A DNA stretch of 64,000 nt from Elusimicrobiota bacterium (GTDB lineage Bacteria > Elusimicrobiota > Endomicrobiia > CG1-02-37-114 > JAHJSO01): positions 1 through 64,000 of the forward strand of contig JBDRQF010000061.1 in the NCBI GenBank assembly GCA_043826435.1, read 5' to 3'. Positions 47,734 through 58,899 of this stretch are shown piece after piece. Positions within the stretch are counted from its first letter, which is position 1. Every line of letters begins with the position of its first letter. Made by a program: the position numbers and the translations under genes. Under the pieces are notes generated by a model, which was given only the letters and a program-made list of their open reading frames with translations, was not told the DNA's origin and made no database searches.

Positions 47734-47774
47734 TGCCCGGCGCTGGCGCGACGATAGGAGGTCGCTGATAAGTA

Positions 47775-49070
47775 ATGACAGAATTTAAAAGTGAACTTTT
47801 TCCTGTCCTTGAACAGATTGAAAAAGAAAAGGGCATAAAGAAGGAGGAGATAATCAGGGTGATAGAGTCCGCCCTTATTTCCGCCTACAAGAAGCATGTA
47901 GGCAGGAACGTGAACGTTGAGGCGGTCGTGGACGTGGAGACGTCCGAGGTGAAGGCGTTTGTTGTCAAAAAGGTTGTTGACGACGTTTCCAACCCGAACG
48001 TGGAAATTTCGCTTGACGATGCGAAAGGCATTTCGCCGGATGCGTCCGTGGGCCAGGATTTAAGGATACGATTAGACACGCAGGATTTCGCCCGTATAGC
48101 CGCCCAGACAGCAAAGCAGGTCATCATTCAAAAAATCAGGGAATCCGAAAGGGCAAGCATGTACGACGATTTCAAAAAGAAGGAAGGGGCAGCGCTGACC
48201 GGCGCCGTATATAAATTCGTTGACAAGAATATAATCGTTGACCTTGGTAAGACCGAGGGGATTATACCCGCCAGGGAACAGGTATTTTCTGAAAGGTTTC
48301 GTATAGGAGAGCACCTGAAGGTGCTGCTCGTGAACGTTGAAAGGGGCCCGCGTGGGCCGCGGCTTTTGCTGTCCAGGAACCGCACGGAACTGGTAAAGAG
48401 ATTGTTTGAGATGGATGTCCCTGAGATTTATGAAAAAATCGTAGAGATAAAACAGATAGTCAGGGCGCCGGGGATAAGGTCCAAGGTTGTCGTCAGGTCA
48501 AACAATTTAAAGGTTGACCCTGTGGGAGCGTGCGTGGGAGTGAAGGGCTCAAGGGTTAAACCGATTATTGACGAACTCAGGGGCGAGAGGATTGATTTGA
48601 TATTGTATTCGGAGGAATCTACAAAATTCATAGCGTCCGCATTTTCACCCGCAAAGGTTGAAAATGTCAACGTTATTGATGCAACGAGGAAAAAGGCGGA
48701 GGTAATTGTTAAAGATGATGTACTGTCCCTCGCCATAGGCAAGGGCGGGGCTAACGTTAACCTTGTATGCAGGTTGACGGGATGGCGCATTGATGTCCGC
48801 TCTGAAACGCAGAAGAAAGAAGCGGCGAAGGAAAAAGAAGTCCTATCGGTGGAGCAACTCACCAAACTTGACGGTGTCGGCCCTAAACTTGCAGAGACAC
48901 TTTTCAAGGCGGGACTCAGGAGTATAGACAAACTTGCAAATATAAAATTGGAGGACCTGGTTACGCTCCAGGGAGTCGGAGAGAAAACAGCCCAGAAAAT
49001 AATTGATTCAGCGAAAAACACACTTGAAGATAAAAAAGATAAAGGAAATGGAAAAGAAAAACAAGGATAA
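47775..49070 (+). CDS. nusA: Transcription factor NusA with C-terminal HhH
   Basis: RIAAQTAKQVI, DPVGACVG, LAIGKGGAN. Confidence 0.97.
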   Translation: MTEFKSELFPVLEQIEKEKGIKKEEIIRVIESALISAYKKHVGRNVNVEAVVDVETSEVKAFVVKKVVDDVSNPNVEISLDDAKGISPDASVGQDLRIRLDTQDFARIAAQTAKQVIIQKIRESERASMYDDFKKKEGAALTGAVYKFVDKNIIVDLGKTEGIIPAREQVFSERFRIGEHLKVLLVNVERGPRGPRLLLSRNRTELVKRLFEMDVPEIYEKIVEIKQIVRAPGIRSKVVVRSNNLKVDPVGACVGVKGSRVKPIIDELRGERIDLILYSEESTKFIASAFSPAKVENVNVIDATRKKAEVIVKDDVLSLAIGKGGANVNLVCRLTGWRIDVRSETQKKEAAKEKEVLSVEQLTKLDGVGPKLAETLFKAGLRSIDKLANIKLEDLVTLQGVGEKTAQKIIDSAKNTLEDKKDKGNGKEKQG

Positions 49071-51342
49071 GAAAAAAACCGGCGCAGAAAAAACTGCTGT
49101 ACCGGGCAAGGCACCAGTTAAACCTGTAAAGCCCGTGGCTAAGCCGGAGGCGCCTGTTGCAAAAATAAAGCCCGCAGTTAAACCTGTAAAGCCCGTGGCT
49201 AAACCGGAGGCGCCTGTTGCAAAAGTAAAGCCCGCAGTTAAACCTGTAAAGCCCGTGGCTAAGCCGGAGACGCCTGTTGCAAAAGTAAAGCCCGCAGTTA
49301 AACCTGTAAAGCCCGTGGCTAAGCCGGAGACGCCTGTTACAAAAGTAAAGCCCGCAGTTAAACGGGTTGCGAAACCAAAATTAAAACCGAAAGAAATAGT
49401 GGTGGTAAAACCGCCGGTTGAAAAGGTGAGAACAGTTAAAACAGTTGGGGAGATAAAGCCACCTGCAGTTGAACGTCCGGCGCCCCCGCCCCCGACTTCG
49501 CCCCCGTCCCCGACTGCGCCCCCGGCACAGTCCCCGCCTCCGTCTCCACCCCCGATCCCGGAGCCCCATGCTCCCCTGCCGAAAGTTCCGGTTATAGACA
49601 AAAAGATAATTCTTCCAAAAATAAAAATAAACGAACTTTCTACAATAAGAGAGATTGCGGGGAAGATAAACAAAAGCCCTTCCGATCTGCTGAAGAAACT
49701 TCTGGGGATGGGTATCGTTTCAACCATCAACCAGCGTCTGGACCGCGACACGGCGAGTGTTTTACTCCACGAGTACGACTACGACATTGATTTTATAAAT
49801 ATTTATGAAGAGGAAATTTCAGCGAAATCGGAGGACAAGAAATTACTTAAACCGAGGCCCCCTGTCGTTACCGTTATGGGGCACGTTGACCACGGCAAGA
49901 CGACCCTGCTTGATACGATAAGAAAATCAAAGATTACCGAGAAGGAACACGGCGGAATTACCCAGCATATAGGCGCCTACATGGTGAAGACGCCGAAGGG
50001 CGAAATAGTGTTTCTGGATACGCCGGGACACCAGGCATTTACCGCTATGCGCGCGCACGGCTCAAAAATTACCGATATAGTGGTGCTTGTGGTGGCAGCC
50101 GATGACAACGTTATGCCTCAGACGGTGGAGGCCATTGACCATGCGCGTGCAGCAGGGGTCCCCATAATAGTCGCCATCAACAAGATAGACGTTGCAACTG
50201 CAAACCCGCAGGGCACCAAACAGAAACTGACCCAGTACGGACTGATACCTGACGACTGGGGCGGGGATACCCTGACGGTTGAGATATCTGCAAGGAACAA
50301 CATAAACATTGACAAACTACTTGAATCCATCCTCTTCAAAGCGGAACTCATGGAACTTAAGGCAAACCCGGAAAGACCTGCAAGAGGGGTTGTGGTGGAG
50401 TCACGGATGGACCCGAGGAAAGGGCCGGTGGCGACTGTCCTCGTGCAAGCAGGCACCTTGAAAGCCGGTGATGCCCTGATTTGCGGTTTTACCGGCGGGA
50501 AAGTCAGGGCTATGCTGAACGATACGGGCCACAGGATAAATGCCGCGGGGCCGAGCGTTCCGGTTGAAATACTCGGGCTTGAATCGGTCGTTTCTGCGGG
50601 TGACGCTTGTTTTGTGGTGAAAGACGAGAGGTTGGCCAGGGAGATAATAAGTAAAAGAAAGGCCGCCCTGAGCGCCCAGAGGGTGGATGCAAGAAAGAGG
50701 GTTTCACTGGAAGACATCGGCGCAGGCAGGGTGAAACAACTGGACATCATCTTAAAGACGGACGTCTCCGGTTCGCTGGATGCAATAAAGGATGCCATTG
50801 AGCACCTGCATTCAGATGAAATAAAGTTGAATATCGTCCACGGCGGGGTGGGGGCGATAAATGAGTCCGACGTCAACCTCGCTATTGCTTCAAATGCAAT
50901 TATAATCGGGTTCAACGTGCGGGCGAACCCCAATGCCGAAACGATGGCAAAAAAGGAGGGTATTGATACAAGGACTTACAGGATAATATACGAACTCATA
51001 AGCAGTTTAAAATCGGCAATGGAAGGCCTCGTTGAGCCGAAGATGGTTGAAACAACAACGGGCAGGGTTGAAATCAAAAAGGTCTTCCAGATAACCGGTT
51101 CCGGGGCGGTTGCGGGATGCATGGTGATTGACGGAAAGATTAACCGCTCGTCAAAGGTCAGGTTACTGAGGGACGATGTGATTGTTTATGAAGGCGCCAT
51201 CAAGTCATTAAAAAGATTTAAGGACGACGTAAGGGAAGTTGAAAAAGGGTATGAGTGCGGGGTGTCACTGGAAAATTACAACGACATAAAGGCAGGAGAT
51301 ATAATTGAGGTGTACGTCCAGGAAAAGGCAAAAGCGATCTGA
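49048..51342 (+). CDS. infB: Translation initiation factor IF-2
   Basis: [43 protein letters not shown]. Confidence 0.98.
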   Translation: MEKKNKDKKKTGAEKTAVPGKAPVKPVKPVAKPEAPVAKIKPAVKPVKPVAKPEAPVAKVKPAVKPVKPVAKPETPVAKVKPAVKPVKPVAKPETPVTKVKPAVKRVAKPKLKPKEIVVVKPPVEKVRTVKTVGEIKPPAVERPAPPPPTSPPSPTAPPAQSPPPSPPPIPEPHAPLPKVPVIDKKIILPKIKINELSTIREIAGKINKSPSDLLKKLLGMGIVSTINQRLDRDTASVLLHEYDYDIDFINIYEEEISAKSEDKKLLKPRPPVVTVMGHVDHGKTTLLDTIRKSKITEKEHGGITQHIGAYMVKTPKGEIVFLDTPGHQAFTAMRAHGSKITDIVVLVVAADDNVMPQTVEAIDHARAAGVPIIVAINKIDVATANPQGTKQKLTQYGLIPDDWGGDTLTVEISARNNINIDKLLESILFKAELMELKANPERPARGVVVESRMDPRKGPVATVLVQAGTLKAGDALICGFTGGKVRAMLNDTGHRINAAGPSVPVEILGLESVVSAGDACFVVKDERLAREIISKRKAALSAQRVDARKRVSLEDIGAGRVKQLDIILKTDVSGSLDAIKDAIEHLHSDEIKLNIVHGGVGAINESDVNLAIASNAIIIGFNVRANPNAETMAKKEGIDTRTYRIIYELISSLKSAMEGLVEPKMVETTTGRVEIKKVFQITGSGAVAGCMVIDGKINRSSKVRLLRDDVIVYEGAIKSLKRFKDDVREVEKGYECGVSLENYNDIKAGDIIEVYVQEKAKAI
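49115..49363 (+). repeat. Four coding 60-bp tandem repeats in the infB 5' region
   Basis: Near-identical units encode [11 protein letters not shown](A/T)PV(A/T)K(I/V)KPA. Confidence 0.95.
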
Positions 51343-51350
51343 TAAGTTAA

Positions 51351-51755
51351 ATGCAAGCGAGAAATATACCATACAGCCGGACAGTAAGGATTAGCAGCAT
51401 CCTGAAGATTGAGGTTTCAAGGATAATACGGGAACTGAACGATCCGGGCATCGGGTTTATTACGGTTACGGACGCAAAGATTTCGCCCGACCTTTCGGAA
51501 GCAAGAATTTATTTTTCCGTCCTCGGTGATGAGAAGGAAAAGGATGAGACCTCGCAGGCGCTGCACAGAGCAAGCGGTTTTATCCGGGGGTGTCTTTCAA
51601 AAATCCTGAGTTTGCGGAAGATACCGGAGATAAAATTCATATACGACGGTACCCCCGCGACCGCTTCAAGGATATTTTCAATACTTGAAAAGATAAGAAA
51701 TGAAAAAAAGATTCCCCGGAAAAAGACAGCAAGAAAAAAGAAAAAGGGCCGTTAA
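51351..51755 (+). CDS. rbfA: Ribosome-binding factor A
   Basis: DPGIGFITVT, SPDL, ASGFIR, LRKIPEIKF. Confidence 0.94.
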   Translation: MQARNIPYSRTVRISSILKIEVSRIIRELNDPGIGFITVTDAKISPDLSEARIYFSVLGDEKEKDETSQALHRASGFIRGCLSKILSLRKIPEIKFIYDGTPATASRIFSILEKIRNEKKIPRKKTARKKKKGR

Positions 51756-52716
51756 GGAAATAGCCCGCCTGTTCAGGACTGAAAAAAGTTTTTTGATAAT
51801 AGGGCACGTACGTCCCGACGGGGATACCGTCGGTTCGGCGCTTGCGATAGGTTCGTGGTTAGGAGCAGAAGGCAGGAGGGTTAAGGTAGTCAACGCGGAT
51901 AACACGCCGCAGTACCTGATGTTTCTGAAGGGCGCAAAACGGATTAAGAGGATACACGGGTTCAGCGAGCTGAAAAACGGTTACGATGTGTGCATTGTGC
52001 TTGAATGCCCCGACGTCCTCCGAATAGGTTTCCCTTTTGAAAAGGAAAGGTTTAAAAAGACAATAATCATAGACCATCACCCCTACGGCAAGAAAGGCAT
52101 AAAGGACGGGGTGGAATTCATTGACCCCGGCGCATCCTCCTGCGCCGAACTGGTGTGGGACATAATGGAGGCGGCAGGACATAAGGTTACCAGGGACGAG
52201 GCAGTGTGTCTTTACACGGGTATTTTAACGGATACCGGCAAGTTCCAGTATGAGAATACGACGGGCCACACCCTGCATGCCGCAGCGGCGATGGTTGACC
52301 GCGGCGTTGACCCCGTAACGCTATATCAAAAACTCTATGTGAACAAGACGCTGTCCGGTTTAAGGTTGCTGGGCGGCACCCTCTCCTCGCTGAAGGTTGA
52401 CGGGAAGGTCGCATACCTGATGGTTACTGATGCAGTTTTGAAAAAACACAACGCTTCCGACGAGGACACCGAAGAGATTATACATTATGCAGGACTCCTT
52501 AAGGGGATAGGTCTGTTCGTTATGTTCCGTGAACTCCGCAACCCCCGCGGGACGGTAAAGGTGAGTTTGAGGTCCTGCGGAAAAATAAATGCGAACCACC
52601 TGGCCGGTCTTTTCGGCGGCGGGGGGCACGTCCGGGCAGCGGGGTTTCAGATAAAAGGCGCGATAAAGCGTGTAATCCCCAAAGTCCTGTCCGTGTTGAA
52701 AAGGTATGCTGTCTGA
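51700..52716 (+). CDS. nrnA: DHH-family nanoRNase/pAp phosphatase
   Basis: HVRPDGD, IDHH, TDTG.F, SLRS, GGGGHVRAAG. Confidence 0.92.
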   Translation: MKKRFPGKRQQEKRKRAVKEIARLFRTEKSFLIIGHVRPDGDTVGSALAIGSWLGAEGRRVKVVNADNTPQYLMFLKGAKRIKRIHGFSELKNGYDVCIVLECPDVLRIGFPFEKERFKKTIIIDHHPYGKKGIKDGVEFIDPGASSCAELVWDIMEAAGHKVTRDEAVCLYTGILTDTGKFQYENTTGHTLHAAAAMVDRGVDPVTLYQKLYVNKTLSGLRLLGGTLSSLKVDGKVAYLMVTDAVLKKHNASDEDTEEIIHYAGLLKGIGLFVMFRELRNPRGTVKVSLRSCGKINANHLAGLFGGGGHVRAAGFQIKGAIKRVIPKVLSVLKRYAV

Positions 52717-53428
52717 AGCGATACTTAACGTTTGCAAACCGGTTGGCATGACGTCTTATGACGTTGTCCGTTTAATCAAGAAAAAAACCGGGATGGGGAA
52801 GGTCGGGCATGCAGGCACGCTTGACCCGTTCGCGCGGGGAGTGCTTGTTGTCCTTGTTGGAAAAGCAACGAAATATTTTGATATAATAGTTCGTATGGAG
52901 AAGGCCTATACCGGCAGGATGATCCTCGGGCAGGAAACAGACACGGGAGACCCGACGGGAAAAATCGTCCAGGTCAGCGGCGGTAACGAAAAACCTCTTG
53001 ATTTGGAAGAGATAAAGAGTGTTTTCTCTTCTTACAGGGGAGATATTTATCAGTCGCCTCACCCGTATTCGGCAGCGAAGTTTCGCGGAAAGAAGTTATA
53101 CGAATACGCAAGGAAAGGCGAAATGGTTATCAAGCCGCCGCGTCCGATAAAGATATATTCTTTTGAAATAACCGGGTACTCCCACCCCTTTATTGATTTT
53201 ATTCTGAAGTGTTCAAGCGGGACTTACGTGAGGGGGCTGGCGCAGGAAGCCGGCCGGCGGCTGGGCAGGTATGCCACACTTGTTGAACTTACAAGGGAAG
53301 CGGTCGGAAAGTTTAAACTGTGCGATTCCATCGGTTATGATGAGATTTCGGGTATGACGGCAGACGAGTTCCATAATTGGCGAGGGATGTGTGGAAAAGA
53401 AATGTGTTTTCACGATGGGGTTTTTTGA
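52706..53428 (+). CDS. truB: tRNA pseudouridine(55) synthase
   Basis: KPVGMTS, GHAGTLDP, LYEYARKG, CSSGTYVR. Confidence 0.95.
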   Translation: MLSEAILNVCKPVGMTSYDVVRLIKKKTGMGKVGHAGTLDPFARGVLVVLVGKATKYFDIIVRMEKAYTGRMILGQETDTGDPTGKIVQVSGGNEKPLDLEEIKSVFSSYRGDIYQSPHPYSAAKFRGKKLYEYARKGEMVIKPPRPIKIYSFEITGYSHPFIDFILKCSSGTYVRGLAQEAGRRLGRYATLVELTREAVGKFKLCDSIGYDEISGMTADEFHNWRGMCGKEMCFHDGVF

Positions 53429-54296
53429 CGGTGTCCATACGGGGCATGCGTCCCTCATACAGCAGGTAATTCGGCAGGCGAGAGGGAAAAATTACGAATC
53501 GCTAATACTGACCTTTGACAAAAAACCGCGGCTGGTTGAAAAGGGGGATAGCATACTCACACCCCTGAGCGAGAAACTCGGACTGCTTGCTGCTTACGGC
53601 GCGGACAGGATAGAAGTAATAAGATTTGACAGCGCCCTCGCCCACCTGCCGCCTGAAAGTTTTTTCAGGGACATGCTTGTGAAGAATTATAAGATAGCGG
53701 CCATTGTGGCGGGATATGATTTTGCTTTCGGCAGGGGCAGGACTGGCACCAGGGAAACCCTCGGAGCGTTGTGCAGGGAAGAGGGGATTTCACTTACAGC
53801 CGTTAAGCCGCTGTTTTACAAAGGCGAAATCGTTTCGTCTTCACTGATAAGAAGGCGCCTGCTGGCGGGTGACATAGATATGGCAAACGGACTTCTCGGC
53901 AGGGCATATTCTTTCTGCGGCAGGGTGGTAAGGGGAAAGGGCGCCGGTTCCGGGATGGGTTTTCCGACGGCAAATGTCCGGATTGATAAACGGAAACTCC
54001 TGCCCTGCGGTGTCTTTCAGGGCGCAGTTGAAATAGGCGGCCGAGGCGGCACGGGCGGCGCAATTTTTAACGCCGTGGCGAACATCGGAACTTCGCCGAC
54101 TTTTTCATCAGCCGGAAAAAGCAGGGAAATTATACCCGAAGTCCACGTAATTGACTTTAACGAAAACATACTTGGCAGGGAAATTGTTTTTTATTTTAAT
54201 AGAAAAATAAGGGATGAGAAAAAATTCAGGAGCAGGGAGCATCTCGCAGGGCAGATAAGAAGGGACATAAACATCGGCCGGAATATAAATAATTAG
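53391..54296 (+). CDS. ribF: Bifunctional riboflavin kinase/FAD synthetase
   Basis: GFFDGVHTGH, GYDFAFG, VSSSLIR, GFPTAN, IRDEKKF. Confidence 0.95.
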   Translation: MEKKCVFTMGFFDGVHTGHASLIQQVIRQARGKNYESLILTFDKKPRLVEKGDSILTPLSEKLGLLAAYGADRIEVIRFDSALAHLPPESFFRDMLVKNYKIAAIVAGYDFAFGRGRTGTRETLGALCREEGISLTAVKPLFYKGEIVSSSLIRRRLLAGDIDMANGLLGRAYSFCGRVVRGKGAGSGMGFPTANVRIDKRKLLPCGVFQGAVEIGGRGGTGGAIFNAVANIGTSPTFSSAGKSREIIPEVHVIDFNENILGREIVFYFNRKIRDEKKFRSREHLAGQIRRDINIGRNINN

Positions 54297-54298
54297 GG

Positions 54299-56284
54299 AT
54301 GGGGATGATGCAAAAGGATTACAAAGCGGACGACATAAGGAACATCTGTATGGTCGGAAGCAGCGGCGCCGGTAAGACAATCCTTGTTGAATCAATAGCT
54401 TCAAATGCAGGGATCGTAACAAGGATGGGGAGTGTTGAGGATGGCAATACGGTTTCAGATTACAATGAGGATGAGATAGAAAGAAAAATATCCATAAATT
54501 TATCCGTCATTTCTTTTGAACATAAAAACAGGAAGGTTAACCTTATAGACACGCCCGGCTATGCCGATTTTGTCGGCGAGGTTTTTTCCGGAATCAACGT
54601 ATGTGAGGCGTGCATACTGGTTATTTCAGCGGACACGGGCATTGATGCGTCCGTGGAAAACCTGTGGGAGATAATTACGCAGGAGGGCAGGTCCGTCCTG
54701 TTTTTTATAAACAAGTGCGACAGGGAAAATATTGATGTTAAGGCGCTGATTGGTAAGATTGAGTCCGCTCTTGAGATAAAACTTACCCCGATGAACGCGC
54801 CTTCAAAAACAGGCGGGGATTTTTCTACCGGCTGGACGGGCGGTTTGGATTTGAGCGATGAAGTTGTTGAGGCAATCGCTTCGTGCGACGATTCGCTTAT
54901 TGAAAAATACATAAACGGCGAAAAGATTCCCGATGCGGAACTTATTAACGGGTTCAAATCGGGTTTTGCCCGGCGTAAGATAATGCCGGTTATATTCGGC
55001 TCTGCCCTTAATTCCGCAGGTACAAAACCGTTAATGGATTTTATAACCGATTTTTTGCCGCCGCCTCAATTGGAAGGCGGGGAACAGGAACCGTTCATGG
55101 GGCTTGTATTCAAGACGATAAGCGAACCCGGAATGGGCCAGATGAATTATATCAGGACGTATTCAGGCAGGTTGAGCACGGGGCAGGACATTTATAATTT
55201 CACCCGCGCTACTTCGGAAAGGTCGGGGCACCTGTGTTCCCTGCAGGGGAAGAAAAGGATAGACATGCAGACGCTTACGGCGGGGGACATAGGGGTTATG
55301 GTAAAACTGAAATCAACCCGTACGAACGATATCCTGGCTGAACAAAAGGTCGCCCGTGAAAAGGTTGAAAAACTCAGGAGGATACCGTTCCCCTCGCCGA
55401 TGCTTAACATGGCGGTATATGCTAAAACAAAGGGGGAAGAGGAAAAGATAGGTAATGCGTTGCAGTCGGTTATAATGGAAGACCCGACCATGAGGTTCCA
55501 ATTTGATGCTGAAACGAAAGAGGTGATTGTTTCAGGGATGGGGATGCTTCACCTTGAGGTTATGATGGAACGGGCGAGGTTAAGGTTCAAAGTTGCCCTG
55601 GAATTGAGATCACCGAGGATATCGTACAAGGAGACAATCAAAGGGATGGCCGATGTACAGGGAAAATTCAAGAGACAGTCGGGAGGCAGGGGGCAGTACG
55701 GCGACTGCTGGTTGAAGATTGAACCTGTGGAGAGGGGCAGGGGTTTTGAGTTTGTTGACAAAATTTTCGGCGGTTCAATACCGAAGAACTACATACCGGC
55801 GGTTGAGAAAGGCGTGATTGAAGCGATGGCCGGGGGCGTTATAGCCGGTTACCCCGCGGTTGACATAAGGGTGACCGTTTATGACGGTTCATACCACGAT
55901 GTTGATTCTTCCGATATGGCTTTTAAAATAGCGGGGGCGATGGCTTTTCGCAAAGGGGTCAGCGAGGCAAAACCGGTAATTCTGGAGCCGATATATAACG
56001 TTGAGGTCACCATCCCCGACGAATACATGGGGAGCATAATGGGTGATTTGAACAGCCGTCGCGGAAGGGTGTTGGGAATGGACAGGGTGGGCAAGAAACA
56101 CATAGTAAAGGCGCATGTCCCGTTAGGAGAGATATTCAGATATGCCACTGATTTAAGATCTCTCACCAAGGGGAGCGGAAAATTTAAAACAAATTTCGCC
56201 CACTATGAAGAGTTACCGTCCCATCTTACCCACCCGCTGGTAGAGGCATTCCAGAAGTCAAAGAAAGGGGAGGAAAAAGAATGA
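54299..56284 (+). CDS. Elongation factor G paralog (EF-G2-like)
   Basis: GSSGAGKT, ERKISI, DTPGYADF, NKCD, GMGMLHL, QSGGRGQYG, YHDVDSS. Confidence 0.92.
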   Translation: MGMMQKDYKADDIRNICMVGSSGAGKTILVESIASNAGIVTRMGSVEDGNTVSDYNEDEIERKISINLSVISFEHKNRKVNLIDTPGYADFVGEVFSGINVCEACILVISADTGIDASVENLWEIITQEGRSVLFFINKCDRENIDVKALIGKIESALEIKLTPMNAPSKTGGDFSTGWTGGLDLSDEVVEAIASCDDSLIEKYINGEKIPDAELINGFKSGFARRKIMPVIFGSALNSAGTKPLMDFITDFLPPPQLEGGEQEPFMGLVFKTISEPGMGQMNYIRTYSGRLSTGQDIYNFTRATSERSGHLCSLQGKKRIDMQTLTAGDIGVMVKLKSTRTNDILAEQKVAREKVEKLRRIPFPSPMLNMAVYAKTKGEEEKIGNALQSVIMEDPTMRFQFDAETKEVIVSGMGMLHLEVMMERARLRFKVALELRSPRISYKETIKGMADVQGKFKRQSGGRGQYGDCWLKIEPVERGRGFEFVDKIFGGSIPKNYIPAVEKGVIEAMAGGVIAGYPAVDIRVTVYDGSYHDVDSSDMAFKIAGAMAFRKGVSEAKPVILEPIYNVEVTIPDEYMGSIMGDLNSRRGRVLGMDRVGKKHIVKAHVPLGEIFRYATDLRSLTKGSGKFKTNFAHYEELPSHLTHPLVEAFQKSKKGEEKE

Positions 56285-56294
56285 AACCAATGGT

Positions 56295-56429
56295 TGTCTT
56301 TGCGAGGAACGTTAGCGACGAAGCAATCTCATTTTTACCGACGAGATTGCCACGCTCCCTTCGGTCGCTCGCAACGACATTTTGATTGCCACCCACCACG
56401 CCCCTGCGGGGCTCGTGGTCGCAATGACA
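56295..56429. repeat. REP-like palindromic element cluster
   Basis: TGTCTTTGCGAG..GCGACGAAGCAATCTC is inverted against GAGATTGCC..GTCGCTCGCAACGACA. A further half copy GATTGCC..TCGCAATGACA follows. Confidence 0.85.
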
Positions 56430-56521
56430 ATCCAATGGGTATTCAAATGTCAAGAGATTTACGGGACACTACATTAGAATACACTAATAAATTAACGTAC
56501 GAAAGGGAGTGAGATGATAAA

Positions 56522-56785
56522 ATGATAACAAAAGAACAAAAAAAGGAATTGATTGAAAAATTCAGGACCCACCCGGGGGACTCCGGCTCAGAGATAGTTC
56601 AGGCAGCCATATTGACGGCCAGAATAAACTATCTTGCCGGCCATTTTAAGAGTCACCCGAAGGATTTTACTTCAAAGAGGGGCTTCCTGAAACTCGTGGG
56701 TCAGAGGAGGCGGCTTATTAACTACCTGAAGAACAATAACAGGGAGTTATACATTAAAGTTGTGGAGGGACTTGGACTTAAATGA
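56522..56785 (+). CDS. rpsO: 30S ribosomal protein S15
   Basis: DSGSEIVQ, HPKD, RGFLKLVGQRRRL. Confidence 0.97.
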   Translation: MITKEQKKELIEKFRTHPGDSGSEIVQAAILTARINYLAGHFKSHPKDFTSKRGFLKLVGQRRRLINYLKNNNRELYIKVVEGLGLK

Positions 56786-58860
56786 TAAAAAAGGAAATAC
56801 TGGCAGGTAACAAAAAGATTGAGTTTGAAACAGGTAAAATAGCGAGGCAGGCCAACGGTTCGGTGTTTGTCCGGATGGGGGATACCTGCGTGCTGGCTAC
56901 TGTCGTTATGTCGCCGGAGCCGCTATCGGCGGGCGATAGGAGAGACATGCTGCCGCTGACCATTGACTACAGGGAACGGACTTATGCGGCGGGGAGGATA
57001 CCCGGAGGGTTTTTCAAGAGGGAGGGGAGGCCGCGCGAAAAAGAAACCCTTACCTCGCGGCTTATAGACAGGACGGTCAGGCCGTTGTTCCCCGAAGGGT
57101 TCCAGCACAAGATACAGATAAATGTCGTAGTCCTTTCAAGCGACGGTGAAAACGACGCCGACGTCCTTTCACTGTTAGGCGTGTCTTTCGCTTTGATGAT
57201 TTCAGACATCCCTTTCAACGGCCCGGTCGCCTGTGCAAGGGTGGGCAGGATAGACGGTAGTTTTGTGCTTAATCCGACATATACCGAAAGAACCAAAAGC
57301 GACCTTGACCTGTTTGTGGCAGGAGCGGGCGACAAGACAGTTATGATGGAAATGGCGGGTAATGAATTACAGGAACAGGATGTATCTGCCGCTATTGAAT
57401 TCGCCGGACAGCCGGTTGCGGATTTGTGTAAAATGCAGGACGCGTTGCAGAAGGAAGCGGGCATTAAAAAAATCCCGGTTGAAAAAGAGGAAGCGGACGG
57501 GGAGATTATCAGCACAATCTCGGGCATCGTAAAAGAGCATACGGATGAATTTATGGATACAGGGGCGAAATCAGAAAAACAAGGTGCATTCAACAAGGCG
57601 CTGGATTCCGCTCTTGTGGCGCTCCTACCGAAATTCCCCGAAAAGGGATTTGAAATCAAGGCGACATTTGACAGAATAGTCCGTGAAGAAATCAGAAAAA
57701 TTATTTTTGAAAAAAGAAAAAGGCCCGACGGGAGGTCCCCGGCAGACATCAGGGATATAACCTCAGAAGCCGGCGCTCTTCCGAGAGTGCACGGTTCGGC
57801 GCTGTTTACCAGGGGCCAGACGCAGTCGCTTGTGGCTGTTACGTTGGGTACGCCCGCGGACAAGCAGCGGATGGAGCAACTTGAAGGCGAATACAGGGAA
57901 AGGTTTCTTTTCCATTATAACTTCCCGGGTTTTGCAACAGGGGACGTAAAGCCGGAAAGGGCCACTTCCAGGAGAGAGATAGGCCACGGCGCACTTGCCA
58001 AGAAGGCGATACAACCGCTCCTGCCGGGCGACAATGAGTTCCCTTATACCATCCGTCTGGTTTCGGATATACTTGAATCAAACGGTTCCTCTTCCATGGC
58101 TTCCGTATGCGGCGGTTCGCTGGCGCTTTTTGATGCGGGCGTGCCGATGAAATCAGCAGTGGCGGGCGTAGCCCTCGGGCTTGTTAAGGAGGCGTCCGGC
58201 CATGTTATACTTACCGACTTAATAGGGTTTGAGGACCACATAGGGGATATGGACTTCAAGGTTGCCGGCACAAAGAACGGCATAACCGCCATCCAGATGG
58301 ACCTGAAGATTGACGGTATTGATATAAAACTCATCAGCGAGACGCTTAGCCAGGCGAAGGATGCGCGGCTAAAGATTCTTGGTATGATGGAGCGGACAAT
58401 AGACAAGCCCAGGGAAACCCTTTCCGAACACGCGCCGAAGATGATAATCCTGCAGATTCAGCAGAGCAAAATAGGCGGGCTGATAGGCCCCGGCGGCAAA
58501 AACATAAGGCAGATAGTTGAAGAGACAGAGGCGAAGATAGACATTGAGGAAGACGGCAGGGTGTTTATATCAAGCACGAGCGCCAAGTCAATAGAACTTG
58601 CAAAACAGATGGTGGAGTACTATACCGCCGACGTTGATGTAGGCAGGATATACCAAGGCAAGGTCACACGCATAACCGATTTCGGCGCATTCGTTGAAAT
58701 CCTCCCCGGCAAGGAAGGGCTTGTGCACATTTCAAAATTAGCGGACCACCGGGTGAACAGGGTAGAGGACGTCGTAAAAGAAGGTGATGAAATCGCCGTT
58801 AAGGTGATGGAGGTTGACAACCAGGGCAGGATAGTGCTGTCCAAAAAGGCAGCGAAGTAA
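56782..58860 (+). CDS. pnp: Polyribonucleotide nucleotidyltransferase
   Basis: [44 protein letters not shown] and S1 domains. Confidence 0.98.
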   Translation: MIKKEILAGNKKIEFETGKIARQANGSVFVRMGDTCVLATVVMSPEPLSAGDRRDMLPLTIDYRERTYAAGRIPGGFFKREGRPREKETLTSRLIDRTVRPLFPEGFQHKIQINVVVLSSDGENDADVLSLLGVSFALMISDIPFNGPVACARVGRIDGSFVLNPTYTERTKSDLDLFVAGAGDKTVMMEMAGNELQEQDVSAAIEFAGQPVADLCKMQDALQKEAGIKKIPVEKEEADGEIISTISGIVKEHTDEFMDTGAKSEKQGAFNKALDSALVALLPKFPEKGFEIKATFDRIVREEIRKIIFEKRKRPDGRSPADIRDITSEAGALPRVHGSALFTRGQTQSLVAVTLGTPADKQRMEQLEGEYRERFLFHYNFPGFATGDVKPERATSRREIGHGALAKKAIQPLLPGDNEFPYTIRLVSDILESNGSSSMASVCGGSLALFDAGVPMKSAVAGVALGLVKEASGHVILTDLIGFEDHIGDMDFKVAGTKNGITAIQMDLKIDGIDIKLISETLSQAKDARLKILGMMERTIDKPRETLSEHAPKMIILQIQQSKIGGLIGPGGKNIRQIVEETEAKIDIEEDGRVFISSTSAKSIELAKQMVEYYTADVDVGRIYQGKVTRITDFGAFVEILPGKEGLVHISKLADHRVNRVEDVVKEGDEIAVKVMEVDNQGRIVLSKKAAK

Positions 58861-58899
58861 TGTCCCTGCGAGCAGCGCAGGTCGTCGGGCGATGAAAAA

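Noticed and set aside
49115..49363. Regular repeats as a possible CRISPR array
   Set aside because: Units are contiguous with no unique spacers, are in frame within infB, and no cas genes are present.
48428..50933. Long minus-strand ORFs opposite nusA/infB (likewise opposite pnp and the zinc-ribbon gene)
   Set aside because: They are antisense shadows of conserved genes with no recognisable motifs.
56294..56512. 72-aa ORF sharing RDCHAPFGRSQ with the Gx-EcfT C-terminus
   Set aside because: The shared peptide is just the translation of the palindromic repeat.
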